From Octopus vulgaris (lineage: Eukaryota), in NCBI GenBank assembly GCA_951406725.2, contig OX597824.1, forward strand, positions 39,742,001 through 39,806,000: a stretch of 64,000 nucleotides of DNA, read 5' to 3'. The notes below the pieces were generated by a model. The model made no database searches. It had not been told where the DNA came from and worked only from the letters and a program-made list of their open reading frames with translations. Positions within the stretch are counted from its first letter, which is position 1, and each line of letters starts with the position of its first letter. Positions 55,002 to 64,000 of the stretch are shown piece after piece. The translations under genes were made by a program, and so were the position numbers.

Positions 55002-55128
55002 GCGTTGTTGTTGTTGTTGTTTTGCTGTGTTTTTGTTTTTAATTCCAGTTGTATTTGTGCTGTAACTTATACGAAACAGCTTCAAAAGATGATCAGATCA
55101 GTTTTGCTACCCAGCTTGACATCAGTTC

Positions 55129-55248
55129 CAAAATGTTGGTCATAAGCTACGTCATAGCATTAACATGAAGCTTTACACAACGTTACAAAATGTTGGTCAT
55201 AAGCTACGTCATAGCATTAACATGAAGCTTTACACAACGTTACAAAAT
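55129..55248 (+). repeat. 57-bp exact tandem duplication
   Basis: caaaatgttggtc...acaacgtta occurs twice, with caaaat microhomology. Confidence 0.92.
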
Positions 55249-56221
55249 AATCACCACTTTGTCCGAAATCTATTTTTTTTATTTATATATTTTTTCTGTT
55301 TTATTTTTGTTGTGTTTTTTTTTTCTTTTTTGTAGTAGAAACAATTTTGTTTGTTATCTTATTCTCTGCGTGAAATCCAATTTGAAATGTGATATTTTCG
55401 TTGTCGTCATCATCGTTGATTGTCGTTCTTGTTGCTATAATCTTCTCTCTAAGTATTGAAGAAGCATGAATCTAATAGGATATACATTTTAGGAAAATAT
55501 ATTATTGCAGTCACTAGTATGTCTTCATTTGATGGATGTCAATATAATTTTGACGCAATGAAATATAGACGAATAAAAAATAAATTTCGAACACAATTCT
55601 ATAGAAAACCAAATAAAATTCAACATAGAGAAAAGTACTTGTTGCCAAGGGCACTAGAAATGCTCGCTAGTAATAAATATTCATGCTGAACGTGTTCACT
55701 TAAGACAGTGGAGTGGCAGAATGGTTAACGCATCGATAAAAATGCTTAGTAACATTTCTTGCGAATCTTTACGTTCTGAGTTCAAGTCTCGGTGAGGCCA
55801 ACTCGGCGGACTTCAATAAAATAAAGTACTAGTCAGGTACAGGATGTCAATATAATCGACTTCCTCGCTTCCCTCAAAACTGTTGGCCTTGTGCCAAAAT
55901 TAGAAAGAATATGAAATACGTTCACATCATGAAATATATTAAAGTAACGCGAGGAGATGTGAATTCTGATGTTTCGAAAACTGCAACTAGATGAGTGTAA
56001 AGTACAACCACACCCGATATAGGAGCCTTAACGCGATTGTTCGACTTGCTAGAAATAGCAATCAAAATCCCTTAAAATTGTATACTACTATCTTAAAATG
56101 AGAAGAACAACGTAAACCTAGATATACAGAAAGATGGAATGGTCAAAATTTGACCAACGCTAAAACCAGGATTGAAATCAATTACAAACATTTCATCCCA
56201 ATGTTTTCTTCAAAACAAGCC

Positions 56222-56266
<45 letters not shown>

Positions 56267-56269
56267 TAG

Positions 56270-57690
56270 GGAAGAAAAACAGGGACACCAGGATCTCTAT
56301 CATAATTATTTCTTCCTAAGTGGTCCATGAACCCTGAATATAAATCAACTCTTAATTAATTTTGATGCTTTCTGATATAATACGGACGACAAACTTCTAC
56401 TTTAATATAAGCATCAACAATATACTGCTGAACTAGGTTGCCTGATTTGTGAATTGGACTAAATTCATCCCTTATTGCTAAACGATAGCAATAGTATTGT
56501 TGCATTGTGACTTTATTGCGAACTCTGGTTTGCCTCTGTTGCACATGTTCTATACTTATGTGCTAACCAATAGTATTGGATAAATCATACGATCTAAATA
56601 CAGCGAGAGATACGATATTTGCTGCCTTTGTACACCTTGTGGATGAACTGAAAGTGCACCATCTTCACCCACAAATACAGCTGCAATTTCATTATGAACA
56701 GGGTTATTGTATCTCCTGGCATCTGGGCCTGAAATGAAATGCATAGTTACTTTCTTCGGATTAGCATTTTCTCTGGCTGTTCCTTTTTCTTCTTGTTCAA
56801 CAGTGCGCATATTTAAATATGCTGCAGTATATGGATTATTCAGCATGACTGAAGAAATCTTTTCCATTACTGACTGCAAGCAATTAATATTTTCAGGCAC
56901 TTCAGCTCTTGTTTGTAAGGCTTCTTTAGAATCAACAATATAGAGTTAAGCATTTCTTCTAGGTTCATTGTTTTCAGGATGTAAGTTGCTTGCGTGATGA
57001 TAGACTTGTCCTTACAAGCGGAAACAGTATGGGCCACGACCGACCAGGGGGTAATGTAACATTGGCTCCAAATGAGGCGAATGAATACATTGAATTATAG
57101 TTCCTGATATTCTGTCAAAAGTTCATTCCTTCAATGTCGGTATTCTCCAAAAGTTGTTTTTTTTCTTGTATATATTTATGTATATTTGGCAAGGAAACCT
57201 TACCGTTAAGGCAACAATTAAGTGCTTCCTGCAGAAATCTACATGCATTACAGTGCGGACATACTACGTTCATCTCACCAATCCCAAATTGAAAATGTTA
57301 TTGTTCTTTTATTATATTCCGTCTTCTTATTTGATCTTTGTCTGTCCTAAGATAATTCTGTGTTTCAGCTTCTTCCATATTTTTCCTTCTTTGTTGAACT
57401 CTGTTTCTCAAATTTTTCTAAGAACAGCTGTCTTTGCTCGTGGCTCGTGTTCTCGATTCCTTTGATATCTATCACTCTTATTTTGAAAATACACTTCTCT
57501 TTGATCCTGGTTCATTTGTTCTATCGTTTGCTGATTTCTTACCCTCCTATGCCGTAGGATACGCTCCCTCTACTCTTCACTTATTTCGTTTCTTCAGTGT
57601 CTCACACTCGCGCGATTTTTATTCCTTATTTCCTCCTGCTGGTCTTCACGCAATCGTTCTGTGTCTCTCATGCGATTATCCATGTTTCAA
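56270..57690 (-). mobile_element. Decayed Helitron Rep/helicase N-terminal region
   Basis: Minus strand: NIRNYNSMYSFASFGA, GPYCFRL.GQVYH, NNPY, DARRYNNP..NEIAAVF, YYCYRLAIRD.F......LVQQYIVDAYIKVE, LRVDLYSG, all characteristic of Helitron Rep proteins. Stops and frameshifts present; truncated at (TA)n. Confidence 0.88.
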
Positions 57691-57753
57691 AACATGCTAT
57701 TAAAACATGTTTTAACCCAAACTATACACACACACAAATACATTCATATATAC

Positions 57754-57805
<52 letters not shown>

Positions 57806-59189
57806 GTGTGTTTCCTTTAATTTTTGTTTACTTACACGCATCAACAAATGAGCCAGAAACTCTAACTTAAAGATATAGAAAGAAAAAGACAACGTTGTAT
57901 CCCAAAGCCGAATGATGTTTTTTAGCTGACGTGTAATTTTATAATGAAATGCGAAATTTAAATTTTGGAGCAAAACACTTACCATGTTATCTGGTGTATG
58001 GTGGCAGTTGAAATGGGTTAAAACAAATGTGTGTGCGTGTGTAGTTGGGCCTTTAATAGCAATATAAGGTCAGTCGTAGAAAGGAATTCAAAACGGCAAC
58101 ACGCACAATCATATACATACAAACATACATATTCATGGACACACATACACAAACACATATATATAGAGAGAGAGAGGCAGACATACAGACATTAAGTGGC
58201 AGAGAGTTCACTAATCTCTCTCTCTCTCTTCCTATCCGTTGCTTTGCCACTGACTGGAATTGTTTTAGTAGTGTCTTCAAGCTCTTTCTCTCTCTCCCTC
58301 TCTCTCTCTTTCTCTCTCTCTTTCCCTCTAAGTTTTCTCTTGCTATTTAAACAATAAATGACCAAAATGATTCAGTGTTCCAATTGAAAATCATATACGA
58401 ATGTATTAGACAGTTTTTGTTTAGGATACGGTATCCAATGTTTGCTCTGGTTAAAAACACAAACCAAACACCACTTTCCTTTGAGTTACCACTCACTCCT
58501 CTCTCCCTCTCTCTCTCTTTCTCTCCCTCTCACTCTCACTCCCTCTCTCACTCGCTCTCTGTCCCGATTATAACAGCAGTTAATGTTTAAGAAATAAAGG
58601 ACGTCGTTTTACATATGTGCTTGTACATAATCAAGTAAACAAATGTACAAATTGAAATGCAAAAGAATGAAATAATAAATGGATTTATGAATGAAAGTTT
58701 AGTAATTGCGTTCATTTCCACCACGCGACACTTATTATTGCAAACATGTTTTAACTAACCTAAACTATACACACACATAAATACATTCATATATATATAC
58801 ATATATCGAGTTGTAGCTGTAATTCAAAGGGGCCAGTCTTGACTGAGTGAAGCTGAATCTCCCTGAGAACTCCCTTAATATCATTCATGTCTGTGGAGTA
58901 CTCAGACATTTGTAAGTTAATTTTTATCGTCGTGCAGTAATGAAAAGTGAAATTGCCATCCAATATTTGCTATGTCTATGTATCTATGAACTTTTCTTTG
59001 TATTTATGTATCTACTCTCTCACTCTCTCTCTCTCTCTCTCACTCTCTCTCTCTCCCTTTCTCTCTTACTTCCTCCCTGTCTTCCTCTCTCTCCCTTTTC
59101 CACTTCTTTGAAGTAAGTGTGACACACATATCAGATACGCACAAAAACAAAAAGCTAGCGTATTAATATTATTGATATATATATATCCG

Positions 59190-60000
59190 GAAATGTTCCC
59201 CTCCCTCCCAAGTCGCGAAACGAGGGCAAAGGATAATATACCCGAACAAGAAACACAAAAGGAAACGAAACTGCAAAATAAGTAATAACACAGTTAATTT
59301 TGCGTCTATGGCCAGTATCACGAGCGAAATAGTGCAAGTCGGCCCGGACGATCTGGAGAAATACAAGTTTTTAATACAAAAGGAGGGAACCAATGTAAAA
59401 CTGATCCCACCTGGTGAAGTGATATACATCACAAAGAGACAAACAATCGTGTTTAAAACCTTGTCACTCAAAACAAAAAAAATTGAAATTGCTACTAAAG
59501 AAGTAATCGAAAAATGCCTACAGCCGATATGGCAAAATATAATATACATAGCCAGAGGAAAGCGCTTCGGAACTGTCAAAGCATGGTTCTCTTTGGAAGA
59601 AGAAGACAATAAACATTCAACAACTCCCCTAAACACAACGGAGCTAGTACTGCTGCCAACATATGTAGGCAAGCGGATATCAAAAATCAAAATAGGAGAG
59701 GCCCCACCGGAAATCGACGTGGTGTGGGTGGTGGCAGCTGAACTGCTAAACTTGGAGGATAAAATCGCCAGGCTGCACTAGCTTAACTGGAGGGCGAGGC
59801 CGAAAACTGGTAATCCAGACCATCCAGCAAAACTTGGAAGAATTGCCAGATCAAATTTTACTGCTGGACTAAACCAAACTAAGAGTATTAGAGGTGGGAG
59901 CGAAAGCCAAGATGCTACAAGTGCGGCATGAAAGGGCATATTAAAACCGCATGCCCACAAGACAAAGCGCCAGTAGCAACCCCTACGGCAAGTAATTCCC
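59190..60000 (+). pseudogene. L1/Tx1-like ORF1 (gag-like) remnant with CCHC zinc knuckle
   Basis: ORF 59308-59781 ends at a premature stop; KPRCYKCGMKGHIKTACP (CX2CX4HX4C) follows at 59904-59957. Homologous decayed copy at 8450-9090 (-). Confidence 0.7.
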
Positions 60001-61624
60001 CACAAACTGACAAAGCCATAGTAACCTGAAATGAGACGATCACCATCACGTCAAAACAACACAACCAGTCATAGCGCGAGAAGAGACAAAATTACAAAAG
60101 AGAGACGCCCTGGAAAAAATAACTCCAACCGCATCTAAAGAAGTGGAGAGCAACTGGACGGATTTCATGACGTCAAAAACATCAAAACACCTGCATGCAT
60201 GCACGCCCCAACACACAAAAGTCAAACACCCAGTCATTACTCCCAGCTACAGTAATAAACATAACCGCATTCAACACGAACAACTCCAGCTTAGTAGAAC
60301 TGATGAATAGAAATGAACCTATCACACCATATATAGATCCAACACACCCAAACATACCAGAAAATATAAAATATACATAGACAATATCTCATACACAGGC
60401 TTAAAAGAAAAATACTCAAATGACATTGGACCATTACAGAGAACTTTTAGTAAACATCTTTACACTTAATTTTAAGAAAAGTACCCAAAACTCCGCATAC
60501 AATCCATTCATACAAGTCACATCACCCAGAAAAAACCCACCTTAGCTAAACCTACATCATTGACGCACACCTTCGGAAAGGAAGCTTTGAGCTCGGGAAT
60601 TGTCATTTGTTATATTTTTTTTCTCTCAGATTTTCATTTTCATTTGTTGAGTATGACCGTGACACGATTCAGTTGTATCCAAACCAAGATGCTATGCCTC
60701 ATGAAAGAAGGAAAGCTCTGGGTAAAATGTTTCTTAAGAGGAAGGTATGAAGGGAAGGTGTGAATGTCAGCTGTTGTACGTGTTTAAACATGCGTCTTGT
60801 ACTAGAAGGCTTCGCAATGCTTCCTAGATCTGCTACATGAAAAATGCCTACATGTTCGCAACACGAACTTTGACCCGCAGCTTATTGTATTCGGGTTAAG
60901 AAAGAATACATATACTGATGGTATCCTTGTCCTGCTAATACTTACTAGCAAAATTTTTATATATAAAGGCAAAGTATAAAAAGCCACACTTAGCCCCAAA
61001 CATTTTAGATACTTTGTACAAGACAGGTATCTTATTGAAAAATATAACATATCTTACAATAAAAGTAAGCAAGATGAGTTTTATAAAAAGTGAATGCTCT
61101 ACCATGGGTTTGCAAATGTGAAGTAATCTTGTATTATTACTTCTTGTGGAACCACAAGAGCATACTATAACTGTATTAAAATTTTATGAGTGATTGGCGA
61201 GTGAATGTGTAGTAGCGTGTAGTCTTTTTTTTCACTTTCTTCCTTTCCTCGCTTCTCTTTTCTAAGAAAAATGTCCTGTTCTGCATTTATTTTTATACAA
61301 GACTTCACAGTCCCCTAGCTGTACTGTCTTCAATTATAAAAGGGCAAGCAGGAAATTAAAAAAATGTTAATTAAAAAAAAGATGTTTCAACCAGGACCAT
61401 TAAATACTGGTATCATCTATAATCATGATGGAGACACAGAGTACGAACTTAAATTTCGATCTCCGATTGAAGAATTACGTTTGTATTCTGCGACAAGCAT
61501 TGGCTGCCGAAGTATTGTAAAATTGCTTATTAAACTTGAATTTAAAAAAAGAAATTACAACTAAAGTCTCATTTTGTATTTTGGTTATTGTTTACCAGTT
61601 TAAAAGTTTTTCGTTTATTCTTTC

Positions 61625-61729
61625 ATTTTTCCCGTAAAGTTCATTTACAAGAGAATCATATTCCAATATATTCATATATTCCATACATTATATCTACTAA
61701 CCATATATATATATTACTCCATTTTCATG

Positions 61730-61793
<64 letters not shown>

Positions 61794-61965
61794 TGTGTGT
61801 GTGTGCGTACTACATCAAACTTGTAGAATTTCTTTTATATTTTCCGACTTGATTTCCATGAAAAACAATTTTTAGCATATTCTAAACAGCAATATTCAAT
61901 TTTCACGATGTTATATTTTCCACTTATTTCTTTCTCTATTCATGTCTACTCCTTTTATTTCATTA
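61625..61965 (+). repeat. Diverged direct repeat, second copy at 63357-63735
   Basis: Shared blocks gtagaattt, ttttccgactt, agcaatattcaattt, cttatttctttctctattc, ctactcctt; each copy has a central microsatellite. Confidence 0.78.
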
Positions 61966-64000
61966 GTTAGCATAACGTTATGTTACATCTGTTTTTAAAC
62001 ACTAACTTGGTTGAAAAATAATCTATGTACTTAAATTTTGGGAATTTAGAAACTTCAAGAATGTAAAATAATTATTTTTTCAGGAACAGAGAATCGCGCA
62101 GCAAATAAAACTTCTACTATAAACACAAGGCCTGAAATTTTAGGGAAAGTGGTAAATAAACTACATCGACCCAGGTGTACAACTGATACCTTTTCATTGA
62201 TCCTGAAAGGGTTAAAAGACAAGTGGAACTCGAACTCAGAAGGTAAAGACAAGTGAAATGCATCTAAACATTTTGTCTGGCGTGCTAACGGTTCTCCAGC
62301 GTGCCGCCTCAAATAATGTTATAACTAATAGAGGGTAAAAATTGTAAAAGATATTTTCAACATTTTCTATCCAAAGCGTTTTTAACCCAATATTTGCACC
62401 TCAATTATTTATAGCGTTATTTGCTTGGAGATTCATCATTACTAAACAAAAATTGATACGCTTTATTTTTTAAACTTTGGTTTCGAACCTAATACTCCTA
62501 ATTCAGAAAGTAACGTAAAACTAAGCGTGCAGCAAACACACATATAGACACATACACAGATACGCATACATAGGTTCTTTTTTCCTCTCTAATTGAAAAA
62601 ACAACCAAATCGTGTACTTTGGTCAGGAATATCTGGCCCGTATGATACAAACTTTTAGTAACCAATTTTCTTCATTTGTTGATACAGTAAACACTGCCAA
62701 CGGGCAGAGTTCTTTTGTAGAAGTAGCAAATTGAAGAATCTTTTGTGAGTGTTGTAAAACTAACCACTTTCAAGCAGAAATGGCCGGAGCCTCCAAACAA
62801 CAATCTTACCATCAAGAATAGTTGCAGAATATTAGACTAATTTCTGTAAAGTGTTTTGTTATGTTCTGTTCTTGTTTCCATTTTACTGTTTGCTTTATTT
62901 ATTTCCTCAAATCTACACAAAATCCCAAAATATGAGCTTAATGCAAAAACAGAACAAGATTTATTGAAGAAAAAAAAAAAGAAAAGAGAGAGATGGAATT
63001 TGAATTCATGCAATAAAATAAGAACAAAAACTTTTCCTGCGGGCATAACTAAACCAAAATGAACGATGGATAGATGGATGGGAGGATAAATGGAAGAATG
63101 GATGGCAGGAACAATGGAACGAAGAAAGATTCTTCTTTATTTTTATTTGTTATATCTTTATTTTATTTTGTTCTTTTGCTATACAATTGCTCATTCTAAT
63201 AGTAACTGATTAATACAATGCAAAACAAAATTTGGCAGTAAAAAGCAAAAAAAAAAAGGGTAGAAAAAGAACACAAATGCTTGTTATTTCGATGAAGTAG
63301 TCAATTATTTTTTAAATTTTTGTTTTTCGTTTTGTTTTGATTTTTCTCCTATCTCTCATTTTCCCTACAAAGTTTATTTAAACGAAAATTTCTGTATTCA
63401 TATTCCTGTATACACATATTCCGTGCGATACACACACAACATAACATACACAGGCACACATATCACTATGTTTACCCATACACACACACACATATCTCTC
63501 TCACTATATATATATATACATATATATATCACGTATGTTTACCATACATACACACACACGCACACATTTCTTTATCATCTAGCACGTAGAATTTGCTTTT
63601 GAATTTATGTTTTCCGACTTCATTTCCAGGAAAAATATTTTTTTGAGGTATTCAGAAGAGCAATATTCAATTTCCATGTTGTTATATATTCCGCTTATTT
63701 CTTTCTCTATTCTTGGCTACTCCTTATATTTTATCATTATCAATATTATTAATTCTGCATTTACTTTTTTTCCACTAAATGTTTAATCTCTGAATAGCTT
63801 TTTTTTAAACTTTAATTTCTAAACTCTATTATATTCCTTTCTTTAGAAAAAAAACAGTATAGCTGAATATTATATCAATTAAATGAGATATTAGTTAAAC
63901 AGTGAAAGACAACAATAGCAATTAAATATAGGAATTATATATTAGGAATAATGATGTAGTGAAGAAACAGAAATAGCAGTTAACAACCAGATAAATCGCC

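Noticed and set aside
52383-55248. CRISPR-like repeats
   Set aside because: Only two adjacent copies each with no spacers, in a eukaryotic context with no cas genes.

Overview
Strongly AT-rich, microsatellite-saturated animal DNA. The tRNA-derived SINE families and the (TA)n/(TG)n/(TAA)n density suggest a coleoid cephalopod such as Octopus; this is inference from remembered repeat families, not a search. No intact host protein-coding gene is recognisable, and most ORFs in the track are translations of simple repeats. Real coding remnants all belong to transposons: a CR1/L2-group RT (44.4-46.0 kb, plus fragments at 19.3-20.1 and 22.3-22.6 kb), an R4/NeSL-type REL-endonuclease LINE (29.4-30.3 kb), an RTE 3' end (35.7-35.9 kb), a Helitron Rep N-terminus (56.3-57.7 kb) and two homologous L1/Tx1-like ORF1 remnants (7.1-9.1 and 59.2-60.5 kb). 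The most interesting signal is non-coding. About ten hammerhead-ribozyme cores (CUGANGA / stem II / GAAA / palindromic stem III / UH) can be read directly from short ORF-less elements embedded in (TA)n. Four of these elements are head-to-head fold-backs with ribozyme sequence in both arms, and several have stem II extended to about 40-70 nt. They most likely represent Penelope-like pLTR/retrozyme-type non-autonomous retroelements. All folding was done by eye and all catalytic claims are untested.
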